64,000 nt of DNA, from positions 379,245 to 443,244 of the forward strand of contig CAWEGP010000002.1 in assembly GCA_963808755.1 (NCBI GenBank), in the 5' to 3' direction. The DNA is from Candidatus Eremiobacteria bacterium. Its GTDB lineage: Bacteria; Vulcanimicrobiota; Vulcanimicrobiia; Vulcanimicrobiales; Vulcanimicrobiaceae. The translations under genes were made by a program, and so were the position numbers. Position 1 is the stretch's first letter. The number at the start of each line of letters is the position of its first letter. Of the stretch, positions 28,834-38,133 are shown piece after piece. The notes below the pieces were generated by a model. That model did not search any database. It saw only the letters and a program-made list of their open reading frames with translations, and was not told where the DNA came from.

Positions 28834-29808
28834 CTAGGGACGGAAGAGAATTTTGCCCCCGCGTCCCGGTGTCTCGGCTGCGTTGAGCGCGGCCTCGGCA
28901 TCATGAATTGCGTACGTCGCGGCGACGGGAAGCGGTAGATCGCCCTTCAGCGCCAACTCGAAGACGCGCTGCATCGCCGATGCACCCTGCGCGGGTGTTG
29001 CGCGCTGCATCCAGGCGGTCATCCAAAAACCGCGCACGACAAGTTCCTTCGAAATCATCAGGCCGGGATCGAGCTTCATCGCTTCACCGGCAAGACCGCC
29101 GAACACGATTAACTCACCTCCGACACCCAGCAAGCGCTGCAAGAGCAACGATTGGGCACCGGTGATGGAATCGATGGCGCGGATAATCGGCGCTCCGCGT
29201 GTGATCTCGCTCAGCTGTTCGCGCCATCCGCTCTCTTCCGTTACGACAACCCATTTTGCGCCCAGGGCTTGCAGATTTCTCGCGGCGGCTTCCCGGCGTA
29301 CCAGATTGACGACATTGATGCCTTGGGCTTGGGCAATGCGCATCAGGATCGTACCGACGGCACCGTTCGCTGCATTTTGGACGATCCAATCGCCTGGCTT
29401 AACATGCAATTCGTCGAGCAATACGACTGCAGACATCGGCATCGCAAGCAATTGGCAAGCGACGTCATCGTTGATGGCATCGGGAATCGGCACCAGAGCC
29501 CTTGCAGAAACAACGACATACTGCGCCCACGCGCCGTGCGTTCCAGCGGCCACTCGAGCACCCGGCGCAACTCCGGTAACGCCGTTACCAACAGCGTCGA
29601 CAATGCCTAAGACTTCACTGCCGGCGGTTGCCGGCAACTCCGGTTTGTAGCCGTATCTCCCGCGAATCGTTGCGAGATCGTGATTGTGTATCGGTGAACG
29701 AACCATACGCAGGCGTACCTGGCCGGGGCCGGGCTCAGGCATGGCGATTTCAACCGGCGAAATGACCTCAGAAGGTTCGCCAAAGGCAGCGTGCTGGAGT
29801 GCTAGCAT
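28834..29808 (-). CDS. Medium-chain dehydrogenase/reductase family oxidoreductase (quinone oxidoreductase / enoyl reductase-like; start at internal ATG 29808)
   Basis: 'PGPGQVRLRMVRSPIHNHDLATIRGRYG' with Rossmann 'VQNAANGAVGTILMRIAQAQGINVVNLVRR'. Zinc-free MDR/QOR pattern. Confidence 0.7.
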   Translation of the reverse strand: MLALQHAAFGEPSEVISPVEIAMPEPGPGQVRLRMVRSPIHNHDLATIRGRYGYKPELPATAGSEVLGIVDAVGNGVTGVAPGARVAAGTHGAWAQYVVVSARALVPIPDAINDDVACQLLAMPMSAVVLLDELHVKPGDWIVQNAANGAVGTILMRIAQAQGINVVNLVRREAAARNLQALGAKWVVVTEESGWREQLSEITRGAPIIRAIDSITGAQSLLLQRLLGVGGELIVFGGLAGEAMKLDPGLMISKELVVRGFWMTAWMQRATPAQGASAMQRVFELALKGDLPLPVAATYAIHDAEAALNAAETPGRGGKILFRP

Positions 29809-29918
29809 ATCGCGCGTCGCTTTCGCGTTATGGAAGATGGGCCCTCGACACCGGTACAGAAATTTCGCACCGAAGGCGTCACGAGGAGAAACCGTCGCCC
29901 GATGCCTCTGATTGGGAA

Positions 29919-31406
29919 ATGAAGCTGTACGTAGCCGCCTGCCTGTGGGCCGTTTTTTTCGCGTTCCCCTATTGCGCAGTAGCCGACGATGCGTCGACGA
30001 TGCTGGCGAAGCATCGGGCTTTCGTGGGATGGGAATTCGGAAACGGATCGCTGCCACCGATGCAATTCGACCGTACGATGACCGACACGACGACAGGCGC
30101 AATAGTCCAGCGGGCACATGAAGTACGCGAAGGCATGTTGTATCGCCGTGACTATAGCGGCGAAGGCTTTGACGGCACGTCGACGGGATTCACGGGGAAC
30201 GTCGTCTGGGAAGCAAACCGGAATGGGTTTCCGACGCCGTTCGTCGGAATCAGTGCACGGCTCTACATTAGCCTCGATGCGATCTTCACCGATAGTCTCA
30301 GCACGTATCCGAGCGCGCTTCGCGCAAATGCGACGCTCGATGGTGCATCCTATCCAGTCCTTCGCATCGTTGTGCCGCAAGGATTCACCATCGACGCCTA
30401 TGTCGATCCCGCCACCGGCGCGTACAAGGGTTTCATCATGGACCCCGACGGCAAGAACCGGCAAGTCGTACATGTCCGTTCCTATATGAATATCGGTGCT
30501 GGAAAACGCTACATTGGGTCGTGGTCATTCGACGTGAATCCATACGTCTACACCTATACGAGTGCAAAAGCACTGCCCGGCGTGGATCCGTCGACGTTTA
30601 CGCCTTCGCCATCACAAGCGAAATGGCGGTTCACAAACCCCCACCCCTTCGGCATCACTGTGGGCAATGGGCGTATGCTCATCGATGCAACTGTGAACGG
30701 TGTTGCAGGACGATTCATTCTCGATACCGGTGACAGTACGATCACCCTCACCGACTCCTTCGCCGATCGTGCACACGTCAAAAAACTGTTCTCTGAGTCG
30801 GCATTCGGCTTTGGCGGCGGTAGCACGTCGTTCGTTCGTAAGGTCGACACGCTCGAAGTCGGCGGCAACTCTCTTTCGAACGTTTTCGTTAACACCGTTG
30901 GACAACGCCTCGGCGACGGCGATCTGGAAAATGTCGATGGCCTGTTCGGTTTCGATTTCTTCGCCGGTGCCATCGTCACGGTCGACACGATGTCGCGTAC
31001 GGCCCAGATCCAAGATCCTGTAACCGCTGTGGTGCGTCCTGAGGGCGGAATGCATATCCCCATCGACCTGACGCTGGGGACGCCGCTTGCATCGATCACC
31101 CTGGACGGCAACACGCCGATCGACGCCATGCTCGATACGGGCAATCCCGCCTACGTGATCTTCCCGCCGCATCAGCACACCTTTGAGACCAATATGCGCC
31201 TACAAACAAGCGGCATCGGCGGCGTGGAAGATATGTACTGCGGACACGTCGGCTCGATCGGGCTCGGTTCCGTCGTCTCCTACAATCCCATTGCGTGTGA
31301 GTCGAATTCGGCCGGAACAACCGTCATCGGTTTCGACTTTCTACAACGCTTTAACTATGTTTTCGACTATCCGCATTCGCAGATCGTCATGACGCCTCAT
31401 CGTTGA
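29919..31406 (+). CDS. Secreted two-lobed aspartic protease (two retropepsin-like domains, each with DTG catalytic motif)
   Basis: Signal peptide 'MKLYVAACLWAVFFAFPYCAVA'. 'VAGRFILDTGDSTITL' and 'IDAMLDTGNPAYVIF' are two D-T-G active-site loops in one chain. Confidence 0.55.
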   Translation: MKLYVAACLWAVFFAFPYCAVADDASTMLAKHRAFVGWEFGNGSLPPMQFDRTMTDTTTGAIVQRAHEVREGMLYRRDYSGEGFDGTSTGFTGNVVWEANRNGFPTPFVGISARLYISLDAIFTDSLSTYPSALRANATLDGASYPVLRIVVPQGFTIDAYVDPATGAYKGFIMDPDGKNRQVVHVRSYMNIGAGKRYIGSWSFDVNPYVYTYTSAKALPGVDPSTFTPSPSQAKWRFTNPHPFGITVGNGRMLIDATVNGVAGRFILDTGDSTITLTDSFADRAHVKKLFSESAFGFGGGSTSFVRKVDTLEVGGNSLSNVFVNTVGQRLGDGDLENVDGLFGFDFFAGAIVTVDTMSRTAQIQDPVTAVVRPEGGMHIPIDLTLGTPLASITLDGNTPIDAMLDTGNPAYVIFPPHQHTFETNMRLQTSGIGGVEDMYCGHVGSIGLGSVVSYNPIACESNSAGTTVIGFDFLQRFNYVFDYPHSQIVMTPHR

Positions 31407-31574
31407 GGCAAGGACTCCACGGCTTCGTATAGCCCCTTGAGCGCAAGTAATACCGCATAGTTGAATTCTAATTGTTCAGCAGAAACGTTCGTATGATCGT
31501 GCTGCAGCCGTTGAAACGCATTTGCCGCGGCCTGGCATTGTGTCTTCGCCGCATCGAGTGCTTCCGTATTCATA
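31398..31574 (-). CDS. Possible 58-aa helical small ORF downstream of the SPFH gene (not in ORF track)
   Basis: ATG at 31574, TGA at 31398-31400. Translates to MNTEALDAAKTQCQAAANAFQRLQHDHTNVSAEQLEFNYAVLLALKGLYEAVESLPQR. Weak SD. Confidence 0.2.
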
Positions 31575-31595
31575 CAAGCTTCTTACGGCGTGGGC

Positions 31596-32405
31596 CTATG
31601 TCAAGGCCTTTACTCCATTCGTTGCCGGAGCGGAATCGGTGGCGTGATTTTGCATAATCTGTAGAAACGGCTTAATAAGGTCAATGGGCATCGGGAAGAC
31701 AATTGTCGAGTTTTGTTCGCCTCCGACTTCCGTCAGCGTTTGAAGATAACGCAACTGCATTGCGGCCGGATCCTTCGAGAGAATTTGTGCGGCGTTCAAC
31801 AGGGTCTGTGCAGCCTGGAACTCGGCTTCTGCGTGAATCACTTTGGCGCGCCGATCGCGTTCCGCTTCTGCTTGTTTGGCAATCGAGCGGATCATGTTCT
31901 CGGTGAGCTGCACTTCGCGGATCTCGACGCTGATGACCTTGATGCCCCAGGATTCGGTTTGAACGTCTAGAGTGCTTTGCACGTCGGCATTGAGTTCGTT
32001 GCGCTTGGCAAGCATTTCGTCGAGTTCATGCTGCCCGAGTACGGAACGCAGGGTCGTTTGTGCAAGCATATTGGTCGCGGCTAAGAAATTCTCGACCTGA
32101 ATAATGGCCTTTTGCGCGTCTACCACGCGGAAGTAAAGAATGGCGTCAACTTTCAAAGACACATTGTCCCGAGAAATCACGTCTTGGCTCGGCACTTCCA
32201 TAACTACCGTACGCAGACCGACTCGCACGATTTGTTGAACGAATGGAACGATGAAAATGAGTCCGGGGCCTCTAACGGCTTGAAAGCGCCCCAGGCGAAA
32301 AACAACTGCGCGTTCGTACTCGCGCATAACCTTGACGCTCGAGCTGATCAATATCAGGACGACGATATACAGCGGAACCAACGCTAACAATAGAAACATG
32401 GCCAT
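31596..32405 (-). CDS. SPFH/band-7 (stomatin/HflC-like) membrane protein
   Basis: N-terminal TM 'MAMFLLLALVPLYIVVLILI' followed by 'VMREYERAVVFRLGRFQAVRGPGLIFIVPFV' prohibitin-homology and a coiled-coil tail. Confidence 0.75.
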   Translation of the reverse strand: MAMFLLLALVPLYIVVLILISSSVKVMREYERAVVFRLGRFQAVRGPGLIFIVPFVQQIVRVGLRTVVMEVPSQDVISRDNVSLKVDAILYFRVVDAQKAIIQVENFLAATNMLAQTTLRSVLGQHELDEMLAKRNELNADVQSTLDVQTESWGIKVISVEIREVQLTENMIRSIAKQAEAERDRRAKVIHAEAEFQAAQTLLNAAQILSKDPAAMQLRYLQTLTEVGGEQNSTIVFPMPIDLIKPFLQIMQNHATDSAPATNGVKALT

Positions 32406-32551
32406 ACCCGCGCATATCCCTCCCGCGGGCCGCAAGCTCGCAGAGCAACGGCCGGGTGGGGAACTGCGATATGATCAATCGTACTCTATTTGGGACTCGC
32501 GCGGTATCGTGGAACACGGGGGACAAACAAAACACAGCATGCGTCCGATAG

Positions 32552-33556
32552 CTATTCCGTATTCTCACGTGGACTCAGCAGTTTTGCGATCAATTCCGAA
32601 CGATTCCGGGATCCTGTCTTCGCGAGCATGCTTTTGACGTGATCTTGTACGGTTGACGATGCTATGTGCATCGCCGTCCCGACCTCGGTCAGCGTCGCCC
32701 CGCGCAAGAGCAGCGCGAGCGTCTCGAGCTCACGCCGCGAAAGGTTGAATGCATGCGCAGCTTTGTCGAAAACTTGGCCTCCGGGTGTTCGCTCGAGTAA
32801 TACGCCGACGAATAATCCGGTAGGTCCGGCAAGCGGCTGCGTCCTCACCGTTAAAAAGGGCACCGGATGTGCCACGCCGACCGCTTGGGTTGCCGGATCG
32901 GTGGTCCACGATGCGACAAGGGCGCGAATTGCCTTCTCAATGATCGGGGGTAAGCGTTCTGCCAGACGGGCGTGAAGCGCCGTGATCGTCGCATTGCGAC
33001 CTCCATGCGCATCCCAAGTGAGGATCACTTTCATATCCCGGTCCAAAACATGCATCGCCGCCTGATCGATGGCTGCAGCAGACGTTGCCTCAGGGGGAGC
33101 TTCCGCGATTGTCAGACCCGACAGGCGGTCCGTAGAAGAATCGAGAGCAAGCGCGAGCGCTTGAATCTCTACTGACGTGAATGGACCAAGATCGTCGGAA
33201 CGCATCAGGCTCAAGACACCGAATTCTCTTCGCGCGTCGGCGAATACCAATGTGATGCCGCTTACGAATGGTTCTTGGAACGTGAGCGACGCCGCGAGTT
33301 TTGGGCCTTTCATCGTACGTTCGCGTTGAAGCACAAATTCTTGACGAAGATGCTCCAACTCCTCAGCCCGGTTACCGCCCTTCCCCGGTAAGAGCAATTG
33401 ATCGGAGCGCCCGTCTTTCTTAAAGCGCGCGAAACTCCAGTGCGAAACGCGAACGATGCTCAGTATTTCGGAAATAAGGTCGCGTGCCGGGTCGTCGTTA
33501 GCAAGGCTGCCAATGACGTTCGCATCGGCCTCGCTGAGACGAGTCCGCTCGTTCAT
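32552..33556 (-). CDS. LuxR-family transcriptional regulator with N-terminal sensory domain(s) (start at internal ATG 33556)
   Basis: C-terminal 'LSRRELETLALLLRGATLTEVGTAMHIASSTVQDHVKSMLAKTGSRNRSELIAKLL' is a LuxR/FixJ HTH. Confidence 0.6.
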   Translation of the reverse strand: MNERTRLSEADANVIGSLANDDPARDLISEILSIVRVSHWSFARFKKDGRSDQLLLPGKGGNRAEELEHLRQEFVLQRERTMKGPKLAASLTFQEPFVSGITLVFADARREFGVLSLMRSDDLGPFTSVEIQALALALDSSTDRLSGLTIAEAPPEATSAAAIDQAAMHVLDRDMKVILTWDAHGGRNATITALHARLAERLPPIIEKAIRALVASWTTDPATQAVGVAHPVPFLTVRTQPLAGPTGLFVGVLLERTPGGQVFDKAAHAFNLSRRELETLALLLRGATLTEVGTAMHIASSTVQDHVKSMLAKTGSRNRSELIAKLLSPRENTE

Positions 33557-33718
33557 GTTCAAAAACGAGCGATCTGAGTGGTCGCGCTCCTGGGCATATC
33601 CGTCATTATCACGATAGCAAGCATACCAAATTCGTGAGAAGATATGTACGATCTCCTCTCGGGGAGCGCGCCGGCTATTCCGCCTTTGGGGCGCCGTGGC
33701 CGGCAAGGCAAGGAACCA

Positions 33719-34129
33719 ATGGAGCACAACAGGTCCGCCATCGTTAGCTGCGACAGAACGGCAGGAAATCTACTTAGCCTCATGCTTCTTCAGAGCGGGT
33801 ATTCCCATCCGCGGCGCTCAGAGGAACTTGGTGTCGCCAACCTTCGCACGTATGGGCCGCGGGTAGTAGTCGTGGATTTCGACCATCTTCGGAGCGATAA
33901 GCTCGAATCGATTCGGCAGTTACGTTTCGTGTTGCCAGACTGCGCCATCGCCGTCGTTTCTTCGAATCTGACGCGTGGCTGGGCCAGACAATGTCACATG
34001 GCCGGCGCAAACGGCGTGCTTTCGAGCAGCAGCCGCGGCACACACCGCATGCGCACGGGATTGCGTCGCGCGGTGCAGACGGGTTGCTATACCGACCCGG
34101 ACTTTGCTGCTACGTCGAATCCGGAGTAG
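33719..34129 (+). CDS. Receiver (CheY-like) domain protein, somewhat degenerate
   Basis: 'AIVSCD...RVVVVDFDH...CAIAVVSSN...GANGVLSS' fits the REC beta-alpha pattern with a putative phospho-acceptor Asp. Confidence 0.4.
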   Translation: MEHNRSAIVSCDRTAGNLLSLMLLQSGYSHPRRSEELGVANLRTYGPRVVVVDFDHLRSDKLESIRQLRFVLPDCAIAVVSSNLTRGWARQCHMAGANGVLSSSSRGTHRMRTGLRRAVQTGCYTDPDFAATSNPE

Positions 34130-34132
34130 CGT

Positions 34133-34942
34133 ATGTCAAACGTCGTCTTCACCGAACGCCGCAAGCTGGTGTCCGGCGCGGTTGCCGTTTCGAAAGCCAC
34201 ACCCTATACTGCCGCGCGAATCCTGGTCGACCATCTCTATGCACTTCGTTTCGCGCCCGTTCCCGGCGTTGATATCGGCACGACGTACCTTCTGGCCGAA
34301 GACGATGTGCGCGTCGGCGGAGACCTTATCGACGTCTATCAGTTCAACAATGGATCGGTGGCCATTTCCGTCGCCGACATTTCCGGAAAAGGCGCGAAGG
34401 CGGCAGCCCGGGCAGCTCTCGTAAAATACGCGCTTCGAGCATATGTCTCATCAGGGCTGACACCCGCACAAGTTCTAAGAAATCTCAATGTGCTCTACAT
34501 GGAAACCTCAGCGTTTGAGCGTGAAGATCCTGATTCGTTCGTGACCGTTTTTTTAGGCACCATTGATCCCGAGCGACAAATCATGACGTATGCATCGGCC
34601 GGACATGATCCGGTCGTGCTTATGCGTCCAGGCGAGCCGCCTGAATCGCTTCCAACCACGGCGCCGATTGTCGGCGTGTTTGAAGAATCAAAGCTCTTTC
34701 ATCAACGGCTTGTGTATTTGCCCCGCGGCGGTTCAACGCTCATCGTAACGACGGATGGGGTCACAGAAGCACGCAATCCGGATAGCATATTCGTCGAACG
34801 AGACGACGTGATGAAAGGGATCCAAGCGAACCGCAACCTTTCGGCCCAAGAGCAGGCGGATACGCTTCTGCGGGCGACCCACGACTTCTGCGGCGGGAAG
34901 CCGCAGGACGACGTTGCGATTCTCGTAGCACGATTTCCATAG
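34133..34942 (+). CDS. PP2C-type serine phosphatase (SpoIIE/RsbU family)
   Basis: 'GGDLIDVY', 'DISGKG', 'ASAGHDP', 'VTTDGVTEA', 'DDVAILVARF' are SpoIIE-domain metal-binding motifs. Confidence 0.7.
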   Translation: MSNVVFTERRKLVSGAVAVSKATPYTAARILVDHLYALRFAPVPGVDIGTTYLLAEDDVRVGGDLIDVYQFNNGSVAISVADISGKGAKAAARAALVKYALRAYVSSGLTPAQVLRNLNVLYMETSAFEREDPDSFVTVFLGTIDPERQIMTYASAGHDPVVLMRPGEPPESLPTTAPIVGVFEESKLFHQRLVYLPRGGSTLIVTTDGVTEARNPDSIFVERDDVMKGIQANRNLSAQEQADTLLRATHDFCGGKPQDDVAILVARFP

Positions 34943-34963
34943 GCGCGTTTTCGACATAACAAA

Positions 34964-34992
34964 AGAGGGAGCGCTATCGCGCTCCCTCTTTG
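34964..34992. terminator. Bidirectional intrinsic terminator between convergent PP2C (+) and DUF5069 (-) genes
   Basis: AGAGGGAGCGC tatc GCGCTCCCTCT, a perfect 11-bp stem, followed by TTTG. Confidence 0.6.
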
Positions 34993-35008
34993 CAGACGTA
35001 TTGCCAGC

Positions 35009-35446
35009 CTACATGCTGTTCGTGCGGTGCGGAATTGAGCGGCCTTCCTCAAGGTCGAGAAGGTCGGGCCACGTCTTTACGTCGGTGCGGTCGGGGGCGA
35101 CTTTGGTGCGCAGCTGCGTAAAGTGTTCCAGGGATTCGCCTGTCGGGAGCATCGTGAGGCACTTCTTGTTGAATTCACCGATGTCTTGCGATGTCTTCTT
35201 CGCAAGGAAGCCCTTGACGTACGTTTCTATCTCAGTGTCGTTTTTCGCATCGGTAACGACTTTGAGATATTCGCTGCCCTTCATCCCGAGGAAGTCAAAC
35301 AGGCCTTTATCCATCGAGGACTCGTAATCGTAGTCGCCGATGGTGCCATGCGCTACGGCTTTCGCTTTGTCGGTTGTGCGGGCGAGTTGCACGATGCCGA
35401 GAACTTTGTCGCGAACGCTGCGCGGCGTGCCTTTGTTCAGGTCCAT
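35009..35446 (-). CDS. DUF5069-like hypothetical protein
   Basis: N-terminus 'MDLNKGTPRSVRDKVLGIVQLARTTDKAKA' resembles the DUF5069 start. 145 aa. Confidence 0.35.
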   Translation of the reverse strand: MDLNKGTPRSVRDKVLGIVQLARTTDKAKAVAHGTIGDYDYESSMDKGLFDFLGMKGSEYLKVVTDAKNDTEIETYVKGFLAKKTSQDIGEFNKKCLTMLPTGESLEHFTQLRTKVAPDRTDVKTWPDLLDLEEGRSIPHRTNSM

Positions 35447-35591
35447 ATTTCTTCTTTTCTAAAATTGCTAGTGCAGCGACAACGACACGCGCCGGAGATA
35501 ATTAGTTGCAAACCGCAAAAAGAAAAACAATCCGTAGATTAAAGGTCTTTTCAATGTTTAAGCGGGGCGATCTTTTGGGTTTCCGCTAAGA

Positions 35592-37235
35592 TCAAATGCT
35601 CCATTCCCATGTATTCCAAAACGGCGTGACGGCGTGCGCCGGTTTGTAATTCTTCAGATCGGTGTTGACGATGTCGAACTGGCGTTGGTACCAGATCACG
35701 AAAAATGGCAGCTGTTCATTGAGGATGCGTTGGACATTCCCGTATGCCTGGCGCCGTACGTTCCGGTCGTAACTCGTGAGTGCCATGCGCTCCGCAGCGT
35801 CCAGCTGCGGACTGCAAAAGTGATAAATATTCCAACCCGCCGGCGGCGCCATAGAGCACATTACGAGAATCGACTCGTCGGGATCGCTTCCGTTCGCCCA
35901 ATTCTCGATTGCGACGTCAAACTTACCTGATTGCTCGATACCGCCGGCGCCGAGGGTTGCATAGAGCTGTCCCGACGGAAAGTTTTTGATGGAAACGTCC
36001 GCTCCCAGGCGCCGCCACTGCGCTTGCAATAGCGCCTCCGTCGCGGTAATCGTGCCGGACCCGGTGAAACTGACCAGTGTCAGTTGTAGCGGACGGCCGT
36101 CGCGCTCGCGCAGACCTGCGGGCCCTGGATGCCACCCCGCCGCATCGAGAAGCGCTGCTGCTCGGGCCGGGTCGTATGGATACTGGCGCGTGCGAGGATT
36201 GAAGGCCCAAGAAAACGCCGGCTGATCCGTCTGCGCCGGGATTGCGATGTCGTGCGTGACTTTATCGATCAAGGTTCCCCGATCCGTCGCGTATGCGAGG
36301 GCCTGCCGCACCCGCACGTCGGCGAGCGCCGGGTTTGCGGCGTTAAACCCGATATCGGTAAACCGGCTCAATGGAGTTTCGACAACGCGCGTTCCGGAGA
36401 TGTTGCGCAGACTCGAAGCCAACGTTTCCGGCGCGCGGTAAAAGAAATCGATCGCATGCGACTGCATCAACGTCAGCATCGTATTGTCGCTGCCGACAAT
36501 TTGAAACTCGATGCGACGAAGCTTCGGCGGGCCACGCCAATACCGGTTGTTCGCTACAAATACGATTTTGCTTCCCGGCTCGTACGATTCGACGCGAAAA
36601 GGTCCTGTGCCGATCGGCTTCAGGTTGTATGCAACCCTGTTGAGATCGGAATAATGCGACAGCAGATGCGCCGGCAAAATGCAGTCCGCGTGGTTGGCCA
36701 TCGTGAAAAACGTAGCAACAAACGGCGAAAAGCGGTGTCGCAAATGAACGACGATGGTGTAGTCGTCACGCTTCTGAATCCGCGACACGATGTCGTATCC
36801 AAAACGGCTCACCGTAAGGTTCCTCGGGTTCATCATCGCTTGCCAGCTGAAGATGACGTCGTCGGCCGTAAATGGCGCGCCGTCGTGCCATTGTACGCCC
36901 CGACGCAAGTGGTATGTGATGGTCAAACCGTCGCGACTGATACCGCCGTTCGCTAGGCTCGGTATCTGTTCGGCCAGTTCCGGAAGCAACTGGTTGCGAT
37001 CGTCGAGATTGAAGAGGTAGCCGGCCCAGAACATCGAGATGTCGGTGTCGACCGTCTCCGTTCCGAGCAGCATGTTAAGGTTATCGGGATCCTCGCGCTG
37101 CGCGATCCGCAAGGTTCCGGGAATCGTCCAAGCATTGCGACCACCAGACGACGAACCGGAACCTGGACGCGAACAACCCGCGATACCAACCGCAAACGCG
37201 AGCAGCATACTTGCGATGATGCGGTGTCCGCTCAA
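35592..37235 (-). CDS. ABC transporter solute-binding lipoprotein, family 5 (peptide/nickel/opine type); TTG start overlapping upstream stop (alternative ATG at 37208)
   Basis: Lipobox 'GIAGCS'. SBP_bac_5-like 'LTITYHLRRGVQWHDGAPFTADDVIFSW'. No permease/ATPase genes adjacent. Confidence 0.7.
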   Translation of the reverse strand: MSGHRIIASMLLAFAVGIAGCSRPGSGSSSGGRNAWTIPGTLRIAQREDPDNLNMLLGTETVDTDISMFWAGYLFNLDDRNQLLPELAEQIPSLANGGISRDGLTITYHLRRGVQWHDGAPFTADDVIFSWQAMMNPRNLTVSRFGYDIVSRIQKRDDYTIVVHLRHRFSPFVATFFTMANHADCILPAHLLSHYSDLNRVAYNLKPIGTGPFRVESYEPGSKIVFVANNRYWRGPPKLRRIEFQIVGSDNTMLTLMQSHAIDFFYRAPETLASSLRNISGTRVVETPLSRFTDIGFNAANPALADVRVRQALAYATDRGTLIDKVTHDIAIPAQTDQPAFSWAFNPRTRQYPYDPARAAALLDAAGWHPGPAGLRERDGRPLQLTLVSFTGSGTITATEALLQAQWRRLGADVSIKNFPSGQLYATLGAGGIEQSGKFDVAIENWANGSDPDESILVMCSMAPPAGWNIYHFCSPQLDAAERMALTSYDRNVRRQAYGNVQRILNEQLPFFVIWYQRQFDIVNTDLKNYKPAHAVTPFWNTWEWSI

Positions 37236-38038
37236 TGGTGGTCTTTTCGTTCCACCGGAGTGCGAGCGATCATCTCGTCGACAAGCGTGACGATTCCGAG
37301 CGCCGCAGCCTCTAAGAGGCGCCGTCCCTTGTCTGCCGTGGCCTTCGTCGGATCACCCATCACGCCGGTCTCACTGAGCGAGCTCCAGTGTTCCATCATG
37401 ACGAGTGGCCCGTCACCCGCGATCAGATCGGTCCAATAGTTCGCTGTTGGCCGATGCGACAGCTCGCGCGCAGCTTTGGTCATATCCACCAAGTCCGGGC
37501 GCAATGCGAGATAGAGCGACGTTTCAAATTCGCACGCGTGATTCATTCCGCCAACGGCGTCCGATTCGCGAAGTGACTCCGCTACCTCGCGCACGCCTGG
37601 TGCGGACCAATAATTCACTGCTGCTGCAAGAACCCTAGTTTCGACGACGGTGAGACGCGCAATGATATCGATGAAGGGCGTGTTGCTTCCGTGACCGTTG
37701 ACGATAAGGATCTTTCGAAAGCCGTGATGCGCCAGACTCCGGCACACGTCAACGCCATAGTCGATCAGTGTGTGTGCGCCGATCGTTATAGCGCCGGGAA
37801 AATCCATATGGTGCGGGCTGTACCCGTGGTTGATCGCCGGCACGAGCACGACCCGGTCCTTGGCTCGCTCCGCCGCAGCATCACACACCGCACTACAAAG
37901 TCGAAGATCCGTATCGATCGGCAGATGCGGGCCGTGATCTTCCAGCGTCGCAATCGGCACGATCGCAACACGATTTTCTGCCGCGGCTTGTTTGACTTGG
38001 GGCCACGTCATTTCACCGTAACGGTGTAGATCCGGCAT
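37232..38038 (-). CDS. Creatininase-family amidohydrolase (creatinine amidohydrolase / MftE-like); ATG 38038 preferred, alternatives 38059 / TTG 38104
   Basis: 'EMTWPQV...VAIVPIATLEDHGPHLPIDTD...ILIVNGHGSN' are creatininase-family metal-binding motifs. Confidence 0.65.
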   Translation of the reverse strand: MPDLHRYGEMTWPQVKQAAAENRVAIVPIATLEDHGPHLPIDTDLRLCSAVCDAAAERAKDRVVLVPAINHGYSPHHMDFPGAITIGAHTLIDYGVDVCRSLAHHGFRKILIVNGHGSNTPFIDIIARLTVVETRVLAAAVNYWSAPGVREVAESLRESDAVGGMNHACEFETSLYLALRPDLVDMTKAARELSHRPTANYWTDLIAGDGPLVMMEHWSSLSETGVMGDPTKATADKGRRLLEAAALGIVTLVDEMIARTPVERKDHH

Positions 38039-38133
38039 GCTGCCCTCTTCGGCATGCATGGAGGAATCCTTATGCGTGCCTGAACGACGACGCCGGTGAA
38101 GCAATCGCGGGCGCAGTGGAGAAGTGCAGCCTC

